From the sequence record SRR22947727_2028: a DNA stretch of 47,975 nt; one strand, given 5' to 3'. Positions 39,911 to 47,975 of this stretch are shown here, one piece after another (positions within the stretch are counted from its first letter, which is position 1; every line of letters begins with the position of its first letter). Below the pieces are notes generated by a model. The model was given only the letters and a program-made list of their open reading frames with translations, was not told where the DNA came from and did not search any database. Position numbers and translations under genes: made by a program.

Positions 39911-41509
39911 TCATGATGCATCCTCCAACACCAGCTGACTGGCTTTTTCGCCGATCATGATCGCAGGTGCATTCGTGTTGCCGCTGACGATGCGCGGCAT
40001 GATTGAGGCATCAGCAACGCGCAAGCCGCGAATGCCCTTTACTTTAAGCGACGGATCCACAACCGCCATCGGATCGATGCCCATTTTGCAGGTGCCGGTT
40101 GGATGGTAAATTGTAACTGACGTTTGACGCGCCCACTCCAGGGTGGCTACCTCATCCTCTAGGGCAACTCCGACTCCGGGGGCATATTCTTCCGTGATAT
40201 GAGATTTTAGCGGTTCTGACTGCGCGATCCGGCGCGCGATTTGAATGCCTTTCACGATTGTGCAGCAGTCTGTGTCCGTAGACAGGTAATTTGGATGAAT
40301 TTCTGGGTGATCGTCGATATTGGCCGAGCTCAGCGTTAAATGCCCAGCGCTTTCCGGGCGCAGTTGCAAAACAGAAGCGGTGAAAGCCGAAAATTTATGC
40401 GGCCCATCCGCGGGTTTTAGGGCACTCCAGGGCTGAATATGAAATTGGATATCTGGCGTTTCTAAATGCGCTTCGGTTTTCAGGAAGCCGGTTCCAAGAC
40501 TGGCGGCCATCGTCATTGGGCCGCGCTGCGTGAACGCGTATTTGGCCGCAATCAAGCCTTTTTTTAAGTAGCTGTTGATTTCGGTATTCACGGTGCTGAG
40601 CGTAGTTTTAAAAACTGGACGGGCCTGTAGATGATCTTGCAGATTTTTACCTACACCGGGAAGATCTGATAAAACCTCTATGCCATGCGCGCTAAGTTCG
40701 CCTCCGGCGCCGATGCCCGAAAGCATGAGAAGCTGCGGCGAACCAATGGCCCCAGCGCTGAGGATCACCTCGGCGTTTGCCGAAATAGTTTCAACCCGCT
40801 GATGCCGGCGAATTTGAACGCCGGTGGCGCGCCCCTCAGCGATCACCACTTTTTCGACCTGTGCATCGGTGATAATACTCAGGTTTTTGCGCGTACGCGC
40901 GGGGGCCAAATAAGCCGCAGCGGAAGAACAACGCCGCCCCCCTTTCATGGTCAGTTGAAAATATCCAACGCCTTCCTGATCGGCGCCGTTATAATCGGGA
41001 TTACGCTTATATCCGGCATCCACCGCGGCATCGACCCATTTATCAACCACATCCCGCGTTAATCTTGAGTTTTGAACCGAAAGCGGCCCCGATTTTCCGC
41101 GCAGTCCGGTTTGATCCAAGCCTTCCCAGGTTTCGGACCGTTTGAAATAGGGAAGAACATCGCTCCAGCTCCAGCCCGTGCAGCCCATCTGCGCCCAGCC
41201 ATCATAATCTTGTGCTTGGCCACGCACGTAGAGAAGGCCGTTAATCGAGCTGGACCCGCCAAGGACCCGCCCACGTGGCCATGGGATCGACCGATTGGCG
41301 ATCCCAGCATCCTCTTGGGTTTCGTAACACCAATCCATTTTGGGATTGCCCATGGTTCGAAAATAGCCAACCGGAATATGGATCCAAGGGCTGGTATCGC
41401 GCGGCCCAGCTTCGATCAACGCAACCCTATACCGCCCATCTTCTGATAGGCGATTTGCAAGGGCGCATCCTGCGGAACCCGCACCAACAATGACGTAATC
41501 GAACCTCAT
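39911..41509 (-). CDS. GMC family flavoprotein oxidoreductase (candidate isethionate dehydrogenase, IseJ-like)
   Basis: DYVIVGAGSAG, PRGRVLGGSSSING, GKNLQDH, YHPTGTCKMG, SGNTNAP; substrate inferred from context only; start set at ATG 41509. Confidence 0.9.
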   Translation of the reverse strand: MRFDYVIVGAGSAGCALANRLSEDGRYRVALIEAGPRDTSPWIHIPVGYFRTMGNPKMDWCYETQEDAGIANRSIPWPRGRVLGGSSSINGLLYVRGQAQDYDGWAQMGCTGWSWSDVLPYFKRSETWEGLDQTGLRGKSGPLSVQNSRLTRDVVDKWVDAAVDAGYKRNPDYNGADQEGVGYFQLTMKGGRRCSSAAAYLAPARTRKNLSIITDAQVEKVVIAEGRATGVQIRRHQRVETISANAEVILSAGAIGSPQLLMLSGIGAGGELSAHGIEVLSDLPGVGKNLQDHLQARPVFKTTLSTVNTEINSYLKKGLIAAKYAFTQRGPMTMAASLGTGFLKTEAHLETPDIQFHIQPWSALKPADGPHKFSAFTASVLQLRPESAGHLTLSSANIDDHPEIHPNYLSTDTDCCTIVKGIQIARRIAQSEPLKSHITEEYAPGVGVALEDEVATLEWARQTSVTIYHPTGTCKMGIDPMAVVDPSLKVKGIRGLRVADASIMPRIVSGNTNAPAIMIGEKASQLVLEDAS

Positions 41510-41530
41510 ATAACTCCAAATATCAAATAA

Positions 41531-41567
41531 TGAGACTTTTATTCTCGAATTCATGCAAAATTCATGC
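41531..41567. promoter_or_regulatory. Candidate IclR operator in the divergent promoter
   Basis: GAGA-N7-TCTC inverted repeat (41532-41546) and direct repeat AATTCATGC at 41548 and 41559. Confidence 0.3.
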
Positions 41568-41626
41568 TAACTATGATTCGAGATACATGTAAATCACTTT
41601 CTTGAAGAAAACCGGTTTGAGCCCCC

Positions 41627-42388
41627 ATGCAGAGCCCGACAGAAACCCCAAGCAATTTGCGCACTTTACTAATCCTTGAAGTGCTTGGCAAAAGCGACCG
41701 CCCGATGACGGCGACCGAGATCAATGCTGTGTTGAACCTTCCCAAACAGACAGTACATCGTTTATGCGCCACGCTGGAAGAGTTTGGGTTTATCACCCGT
41801 TTGAGCAACAGCAAAAAATATCAAGTTGCGCGCCGTTTGCGTGAAATTGGCGCGGGATTGCTTTATAATTCACGCGATCACATCATGCGGCGGCAAATAT
41901 TATTGGATGTTGCGCAAGAGGTTGGGGAAACTGTGAATTTCGCGGTGCCGCGTGAAACCGGCATGGATTATTTGGACCGTGTCGAAACCGGTTGGGCGTT
42001 TCGGATCCAATTGCCAATCGGCTCGCGGGTGCCCTTTCATTGCACTGCCAGTGGGAAGACATTTTTGGCGAGCCTTCCGATGGCCAAACTGAAAAGTTTT
42101 TTAGCAACGCTGCATCTGCAAGCGATGACCCAAAACACCCATGTGTCAACAGCAACTCTTTTGACTGAGATTGCTCAAGTTCGAAAGAATGGCTACGCGC
42201 TTGATCAAGAAGAGTTTATGGATGATATGGTTGCGATTGCAGTGCCTGTCACGGATCCAAAAAATCGCTATATTGCGGCGCTTGCCTTTCATGGTCCAAC
42301 GCAGCGCGTGACTATATCCGATGCCATCAAGAGCAAAGAACTGCTCCAATCCGCTGCGCGGCGCATTAGCGAAAGCCTTTTCGACTAG
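41627..42388 (+). CDS. IclR family transcriptional regulator (IseR-like by context)
   Basis: LNLPKQTVHRL HTH, GETVN, PFHCTASGK, GYALDQEE, AIAVPV. Confidence 0.93.
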   Translation: MQSPTETPSNLRTLLILEVLGKSDRPMTATEINAVLNLPKQTVHRLCATLEEFGFITRLSNSKKYQVARRLREIGAGLLYNSRDHIMRRQILLDVAQEVGETVNFAVPRETGMDYLDRVETGWAFRIQLPIGSRVPFHCTASGKTFLASLPMAKLKSFLATLHLQAMTQNTHVSTATLLTEIAQVRKNGYALDQEEFMDDMVAIAVPVTDPKNRYIAALAFHGPTQRVTISDAIKSKELLQSAARRISESLFD

Positions 42389-42557
42389 GTTGCGTTTTGG
42401 CGATGCAGGGCAGATTGTTTTTCAGCTCAACCAACTATTCGGCGCCAGGTCAGGCGCTTTTTTGATAATCTGGAAAGATGTACGACGCCTGTCTATACTA
42501 GCTGCCCAGCATAGCTTTGGGCCGCAGCGTAACGCGGCAGGCGCAATTTAGACAGGC

Positions 42558-42953
42558 TCAGTTCTTCTCAATTAATACGCCGTAAGATCGCAATTCATCC
42601 AGGGCAGCTATGGGGAAATACTCGCCGGAAAATTGTGCTAATATGGTGGTAGCCTTGAAACGCTCACCATCAAATTCGCCCTGAACAACAACGGGGCTTC
42701 CGATTTCGAACGCCTCCGGTAAGGGGCCCGGAAAGACAACGTTGATCGATTCACTTTTATCGGAAAGCGAAAATTGAATACCATATGCATCGCTGGTTTG
42801 AACGGAATGGGCAATTCCAAAAACATTTACCATACGGGCGTATTGCACGGTGAAGGCGGGCACCTCGCTTGGGAATAAAAAGTAGCGGGTTTGAGCGAGT
42901 GCGCCGGACGCTAAGAGGCAACTTACAATCACCCCACAAATCATTCGTTTCAT
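42558..42953 (-). CDS. CcmE-like OB-fold protein lacking the heme-binding His
   Basis: YFLFPSEV, FSLSD, GPLPEAFEIGSPVVVQG and FKATTILAQFSGEYFP align by eye to CcmE LPDLFREG...F.A.EVLAKHDENYMP; start set at ATG 42953. Confidence 0.65.
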   Translation of the reverse strand: MKRMICGVIVSCLLASGALAQTRYFLFPSEVPAFTVQYARMVNVFGIAHSVQTSDAYGIQFSLSDKSESINVVFPGPLPEAFEIGSPVVVQGEFDGERFKATTILAQFSGEYFPIAALDELRSYGVLIEKN

Positions 42954-43492
42954 AAAATTTCCATCATTTATTGCAACGGGATTGGCAGAGCGGTTGCAGC
43001 GCTGATCCCACATAGTTCTCGAGCGTGGCGAGTATGCAGCTTATTTTTGATGTTGCAAGCGACCTTACGGGATTGGGGTGATCGCCAGACCTATGGAGTG
43101 TGCATTCAGCGCGGCGTCGAAGTGATTTTGAAATAAAAGCGATAAAGTATTTGCGGTCTTATCACCCCAAAACAAAATACCCGCTTGCGTGGCGCAGGTT
43201 TTATGATGCCGCCTTTATTCGCGTCTACGCAGATAAGTGTGTGATAAACACAGCCAATTTACTCGCTAGAGCTTGCATAATTCCTGCCCGGGGCCTCGCT
43301 GTTTATACAGACCGGCTCAGCCTGTCTTTTCCGTGATCTACAGAAGGTTTCGCCAAAAGCCCGATGGGGTTTTTGGGTTGCCCAAAAATTGATTATTCAG
43401 CTTTTCTGTTATTCCCATTAATTTGCGATGCGGTGATAGAGCCTATATTAAACGTAAAAATATGGCCCAAAATCAAACGGATTATCTATATT

Positions 43493-44326
43493 ATGACCCA
43501 ATGTATCAACAGTTTGGCGCAAATTGCCCAAAAATATGACGCTATTGTTTTTGATCAATGGGGGGTTCTGCATGATGGCAGCTGTGCATATGCAGGCGCG
43601 ATTGACTGTCTGGTTGGCCTCGCCAAGGCCGGGCATTCTTTATCCGTGCTCTCAAATTCAGGCAAACGCGCCGCGCCAAATGCCAAGAGGATCGCCGATA
43701 TGGGGTTTTCAAATGGACTGTTCAATCAAATTATGACCAGCGGCGAAGCTTTATGGCACGATATCGATCAGGGCAAAATTGCGCAGAGTAATTTTTTCGC
43801 GATTGAAAGAGAGCAGGGTGATGCGTTGGCTTGGGCGGAGGGGTTGCCTATTGAACTGACAGAGTTGCACAATGCTCAAGCGGTGCTGTTGATGGGCTTG
43901 CCAGACGCGGCCAAACTGGCAGATTGGCAGCCGGTTTTGGATAAAGCTTTCGCCGCAGATTTGCCGATTTATTGCTCGAACCCTGATCAACATTCCCCGC
44001 GCGCAGATGGTTTGGTGATCTCGGCAGGCGCGCTGGCGCGGGCTTATTCGCAAAGATCTGGGCGGGTGATATACTATGGAAAACCGCATCGGCCAGTTTT
44101 TCAGGCTTTGTCGACCTCTCTTCAGGCGCAGCGTTTTTTAATGGTTGGAGACAGTTTGGAACATGATATTGCGGGTGCGCAGGCCGTCGGATGGGACAGC
44201 GTTTTGATACAGAAGGGGCTGTATGCCAGCGCGTTTTCCAACGCCGATCACGATGTGGTTCTAAAAACTCTGTTAAAAGACCTTGCCTGCCAGCCGCCAA
44301 CCTATTCTATAAAACAGCTGCAATGA
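43493..44326 (+). CDS. HAD-superfamily class IIA hydrolase (TIGR01459-like)
   Basis: FDQWGVLHDG, LSNSGK, TSGE, NPD, GKPH, MVGDSLEHDIAG; start set at ATG 43493. Confidence 0.9.
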   Translation: MTQCINSLAQIAQKYDAIVFDQWGVLHDGSCAYAGAIDCLVGLAKAGHSLSVLSNSGKRAAPNAKRIADMGFSNGLFNQIMTSGEALWHDIDQGKIAQSNFFAIEREQGDALAWAEGLPIELTELHNAQAVLLMGLPDAAKLADWQPVLDKAFAADLPIYCSNPDQHSPRADGLVISAGALARAYSQRSGRVIYYGKPHRPVFQALSTSLQAQRFLMVGDSLEHDIAGAQAVGWDSVLIQKGLYASAFSNADHDVVLKTLLKDLACQPPTYSIKQLQ

Positions 44327-44474
44327 ACCGCTCTGGCGATTGATTGCCCCTTTAATTTTAAGCGTCAGAGCATTTCATAGACGAAATAAGGCCTCAAAAA
44401 CTGTATTAAATTGGAATTTTTCGACAGGGTGGTTCTTTTAGTCTGGAAATTTCTGCAGCAAAACTTCAAAAGGG

Positions 44475-45353
44475 GTGATGATTTTTCGTTCGATAAGAGC
44501 CACCTGGCATCACTTCAAATATCTGCCCTTATTGTCGGCCATAACGTTTTCACGTGGAAGAAGTTTCGCGCGACGGTCGCAGGCTTTGGGGGTTTCGATT
44601 GGTTGGGTGCTGCGTTGGTACCCGCCTGCGCGGCGTTGGTTTGAACGTGAATTTTTGAAAATTTTTCCCGATATGCCACGTGATAAGCGGTTAAATATTT
44701 GTCAGCGTATGGGCGTTCATATGGGGCGCACCTTGTTCGAAATTTATCACTCGAAAGAATTTCAAGCCGCGTCGCATAAATTTCACGTTTCAGGCGAGGG
44801 TTTGCAAACATTGGAGAAGGCCTTTGCAGCGGGCAAGGGGGCCATTGTTGTCTCGGGTCATTTTGGTCAGTGGGAGGCGGTCCGCGCGGTTTTGAAAAAA
44901 CGCGGTATAGAAACTGGTGCTGTCTATCGTCGGCAGGCCAATCGCCACTATCAAAGGCGGTTACTGGCGGGCATTCAAGCAACAGGAAACCCAATCGTGT
45001 CGACCGGGCGCGCCGGCACACGGGCTTTGGTGCGGCATTTGAAAGCAGGGCGCGTTATCGCCATTATGTTAGATGAGAAACATCCCGACGGTGCCCGTCT
45101 TCCCTTTTTGGGCAGGGATGCGCTGACCTCGCTTTCGGCGGCAAATTTGGCGATTAAATATGGTATTCCAATGATCCCGGCCTTTGGAACGCGGATTGCC
45201 GATGGCAATGAATTTGATGTTGAATTTGAAGCCGCAATTCCGCATTCGGACAGCACAACCATGACCCAGGCGTTCAATGACAGCCTTTCAAAACGGATAT
45301 TGGAGAATCCAGACCAATGGTATTGGTTGCTGCGGCGCTGGGATGGCGCCTAG
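44475..45353 (+). CDS. Lipid A biosynthesis / lysophospholipid acyltransferase (HtrB/LpxL family)
   Basis: SGHFGQWE (H-x4-E), VYRR..N, FLG, PDQWYW..RRW. Confidence 0.88.
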   Translation: MMIFRSIRATWHHFKYLPLLSAITFSRGRSFARRSQALGVSIGWVLRWYPPARRWFEREFLKIFPDMPRDKRLNICQRMGVHMGRTLFEIYHSKEFQAASHKFHVSGEGLQTLEKAFAAGKGAIVVSGHFGQWEAVRAVLKKRGIETGAVYRRQANRHYQRRLLAGIQATGNPIVSTGRAGTRALVRHLKAGRVIAIMLDEKHPDGARLPFLGRDALTSLSAANLAIKYGIPMIPAFGTRIADGNEFDVEFEAAIPHSDSTTMTQAFNDSLSKRILENPDQWYWLLRRWDGA

Positions 45354-45443
45354 ACAGCCGGCGGCATTCAACACTTTAAGCAGAAAGGGGATCATGCGTA
45401 CTTATTTTCAATTTGGTGCGGCCCGTGATCCGGCGACGGCGTT

Positions 45444-45492
45444 GTTGCGATTAACTCGCAATAACGCTTGACAGTTGCGAGTGATTTGCATT
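45444..45492 (+). promoter_or_regulatory. Two Mur/Fur-type boxes flanking the -35 element of sitABC
   Basis: GTTGCGATTAACTCGCAAT (45444-45462) and GTTGCGAGTGATTTGCATT (45474-45492), with TTGACA at 45468-45473. Confidence 0.75.
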
Positions 45493-45524
45493 TACAGAAG
45501 CCAGCGATATGCAAAGGATCTTTC

Positions 45525-46424
45525 ATGCTTACACGCGTCTTGTATCTGGCGGCGGCTCTCTTTGTCTGGTTGAGCGCAACAAACGCAATGGCAGAGGCGC
45601 GGCTGAAAGTGGTGACCACCTTTACAGTGCTTGCCGATATGGCGGCACATGTTGCTGGAGAGGCTGCTGATGTGGTCTCGATTACCAAGCCGGGCGCCGA
45701 AATTCATGGCTATCAACCGACACCGCAAGATATCGTAAAGGCCTCTGATGCGGATCTGATCTTGTGGAACGGGATGAATCTAGAGCTTTGGTTTGAACAG
45801 TTCTTAAAAAACTTGGAGCAGGTGCCCTCCGTCACCCTGACCGACGGAATCACACCCATTTCCATTGAGTCTGGAAGTTATGCAGGTTTGCCCAATCCGC
45901 ATGCCTGGATGGGATTGGACAATGCGGTGATTTATATTGAGAATATTCGAGCCGCTTTTATCAAGCATGATCCTGATAACGCGGCGATCTACCAGGCCAA
46001 TGCGCAGGCTTATATAGGTGAGTTGCGCAGAACCATTGAGCCGTTGCGCGCGGCGCTTGCAAAAATTCCTGAAGAGCGCCGTTGGTTGGTAACCTGCGAA
46101 GGGGCTTTTAGTTATCTTGCCCGCGATTTTGGGTTGAAAGAATTATATTTATGGCCAATGAACGCCGATCAAGTTGGCACACCGCAACAAGTGCGCAAGG
46201 TGATTGATGGCGTCCGGAAACACGAGGTTCCAGCCGTGTTTTGCGAAAGTACAGTCAACGCGGCGCCCGCCCAGCAAGTGGCCCGTGAAACAGGCGCAAC
46301 TTATGGGGGGGTTCTTTACGTTGATAGTCTGAGCGCAGCTTCTGGCGCAGTCCCAACCTATCTTGATCTTCTAAGGGTTACGTCAAGCACTGTTGTGAAA
46401 GGGCTGTCGGAAGCCTCAAATTAG
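45525..46424 (+). CDS. sitA: Mn/Fe ABC transporter substrate-binding protein
   Basis: [41 protein letters not shown]; start set at ATG 45525. Confidence 0.92.
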   Translation: MLTRVLYLAAALFVWLSATNAMAEARLKVVTTFTVLADMAAHVAGEAADVVSITKPGAEIHGYQPTPQDIVKASDADLILWNGMNLELWFEQFLKNLEQVPSVTLTDGITPISIESGSYAGLPNPHAWMGLDNAVIYIENIRAAFIKHDPDNAAIYQANAQAYIGELRRTIEPLRAALAKIPEERRWLVTCEGAFSYLARDFGLKELYLWPMNADQVGTPQQVRKVIDGVRKHEVPAVFCESTVNAAPAQQVARETGATYGGVLYVDSLSAASGAVPTYLDLLRVTSSTVVKGLSEASN

Positions 46425-46516
46425 ACTATGTAACCATCGCGGGCGGATCTATCGATCAAAGCGCAGCGGCGGGTTTGCCAGAGAATAGGCCGGTGCATGC
46501 GGCAAAGGACAAGACC

Positions 46517-47410
46517 ATGAGTGACTTACCCAGTTCACGCACAGATCTGAACAATTCGGCGGATATTGGGATATCGGCTCAAGATGTTACGGTGACCTAT
46601 CGCAGCGGGCATACCGCGCTTTGGGATGCCAGTTTTGACGTTCCGCGCGGCACGGTTACCGCATTGGTGGGCGTGAATGGGGCGGGTAAATCAACCTTGT
46701 TTAAAGCCATTATGGGTTTTGTTCCCGCTGCCAAGGGCACTATTAAAATTCTTGGCCAGAGCGTGAAACAGGCTTTGGCAAAAAATCTTGTTGCTTATGT
46801 ACCGCAATCCGAAGAGGTGGATTGGGCGTTTCCGGTTTTGGTCGAAGATGTTGTGATGATGGGGCGTTACGGTCATATGGGGTTTTTGCGGCGCCCTAAG
46901 CAAATCGATTATGATGCGGTTGATACGGCCTTGCGCCGTGTGAATATGCAGGCGTTCAAAACCCGCCAGATCGGCGAGTTGTCGGGCGGGCAGCGCAAAC
47001 GGGTTTTTCTCGCGCGCGCTTTAGCGCAGGATGGACAAGTGATTTTGCTGGATGAACCTTTCACTGGCGTTGACGTCAAAACAGAAGAACAAATTATCGC
47101 GTTATTGCAAGAACTGCGAGACGAGGGGCGCGTGATGTTGGTTTCGACGCATAACCTTGGATCGGTGCCCGAATTTTGCGACCGAACGATTTTGGTTAAG
47201 GGCACTGTGCTGAGCCATGGACCAACCGAAACAACCTTCACCCGCGAAAACCTTGAAGCCGCCTTTGGTGGGGTTTTGCGCCATTTCACATTAGGGGGCG
47301 AGGCGCTGCATGAGGATGCAGATGCCCGCGCGATTACCATCTTTACCGATGATGAACGCCCATTTGTTCAATATGGCGACAAAACGCAGCGGACCGATGG
47401 GAATAGCTGA
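46517..47410 (+). CDS. sitB: Mn/Fe ABC transporter ATP-binding protein
   Basis: [39 protein letters not shown] tail; start set at ATG 46517. Confidence 0.93.
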   Translation: MSDLPSSRTDLNNSADIGISAQDVTVTYRSGHTALWDASFDVPRGTVTALVGVNGAGKSTLFKAIMGFVPAAKGTIKILGQSVKQALAKNLVAYVPQSEEVDWAFPVLVEDVVMMGRYGHMGFLRRPKQIDYDAVDTALRRVNMQAFKTRQIGELSGGQRKRVFLARALAQDGQVILLDEPFTGVDVKTEEQIIALLQELRDEGRVMLVSTHNLGSVPEFCDRTILVKGTVLSHGPTETTFTRENLEAAFGGVLRHFTLGGEALHEDADARAITIFTDDERPFVQYGDKTQRTDGNS

Positions 47411-47975
47411 TGGAGCTTTTGTTGCAGCCATTCAACTATAGCTATATGGCGAATGCGATGTGGGTGTCTGCTTTGGTGGGAGGTGTCTGTGCCTTTTTAT
47501 CAGCCTATCTGATGCTGAAAGGCTGGTCGCTGATTGGGGATGCGCTGTCCCACTCGGTCGTGCCAGGGGTAGCGGGAGCCTATATTCTTGGCTTGCCATT
47601 CGCGTTTGGCGCCTTTCTTGCTGGCGCTTTGGCAGCCGGGGCCATGCTGTTTTTATCCGAGCGGTCAGGTTTAAAGGCAGATGTGATCATCGGATTGATT
47701 TTCACCGCTTTTTTTGGATTGGGTTTGTTTATCGTATCAATCAACCCGATATCCGTGTCGGTGCAAACGATTACAATGGGCAATATCTTGGCAATAACAC
47801 CTGAAGATACGCTGCAATTGGCGCTTATCGGTTTCGTTTCTCTGGCCGTATTGCTGGCCAAATGGAAAGATTTGATGGTGACGTTTTTTGATGAAAACCA
47901 CGCCCGTACAATCGGGCTTCGGCCTGGCCTTTTGAAAGCTATTTTCTTTGTTTTACTGTCTGCATCGGTGGTGGC
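47410..47975 (+). CDS. sitC: Mn/Fe ABC transporter permease, partial (runs off the window; absent from the ORF track)
   Basis: TGATG overlap with sit[14 protein letters not shown]...YLMLKGWSLIGDALSHSVVPG. Confidence 0.9.
   Translation, partial: MELLLQPFNYSYMANAMWVSALVGGVCAFLSAYLMLKGWSLIGDALSHSVVPGVAGAYILGLPFAFGAFLAGALAAGAMLFLSERSGLKADVIIGLIFTAFFGLGLFIVSINPISVSVQTITMGNILAITPEDTLQLALIGFVSLAVLLAKWKDLMVTFFDENHARTIGLRPGLLKAIFFVLLSASVV

Noticed and set aside
39911-41509. Annotation as choline dehydrogenase betA
   Set aside because: No betB, betI or betC nearby; only the GMC family is supported, and context points to an IseJ-like role
43100-43336. 78-aa ORF upstream of the HAD gene
   Set aside because: No recognisable motif or family; cannot be supported as coding
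47460-47861. Two short ORFs listed in the track at the window end
   Set aside because: They are shadow frames of the sitC permease, which starts at 47410 and runs off the edge
1-47975. CRISPR array, prophage, IS element or defence system
   Set aside because: No regularly spaced repeats, transposase, integrase, phage structural or nuclease genes were recognised; the remaining short antisense ORFs are shadows of real genes

Overview
Chromosomal window from a marine alphaproteobacterium, most likely Rhodobacteraceae (Roseobacter group), judged from gene content and protein sequences. (1) 1-16.3 kb is an accessory catabolic and transport region that looks more AT-rich by eye. It holds an alpha/beta hydrolase, an RraA-like aldolase, a frameshifted thioesterase, an FAH-family hydrolase, a FadR-type regulator, a NitT/TauT ABC transporter whose binding protein is frameshifted in a T8 tract, a polyamine/opine-type ABC transporter with an FAD oxidoreductase, and a dead class II HMG-CoA reductase joined to a truncated sulfotransferase-like gene. 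(2) 16.4-33 kb is mostly core genes (rhomboid, suhB, PCuAC, rpmB, meaB, hrpB, truA, argD, argF, apt, SulP, tdk). It includes a CxxC/RAPP putative arrest-peptide gene whose 3' end can fold over the ribosome-binding site of the copper chaperone gene. (3) 33.7-42.4 kb is a putative organosulfonate cluster: IclR regulator, GMC dehydrogenase (IseJ-like), TRAP transporter with fused DctQM, TerC-like DUF475 protein and HpsN-type dehydrogenase. (4) 42.5-48 kb holds a CcmE paralogue lacking the heme-binding His, a HAD hydrolase, a lipid A-type acyltransferase, and sitABC with two Mur-type boxes. No rRNA, complete tRNA, CRISPR array, integrase or transposase was recognised. All family assignments are from motif recognition, not database searches.
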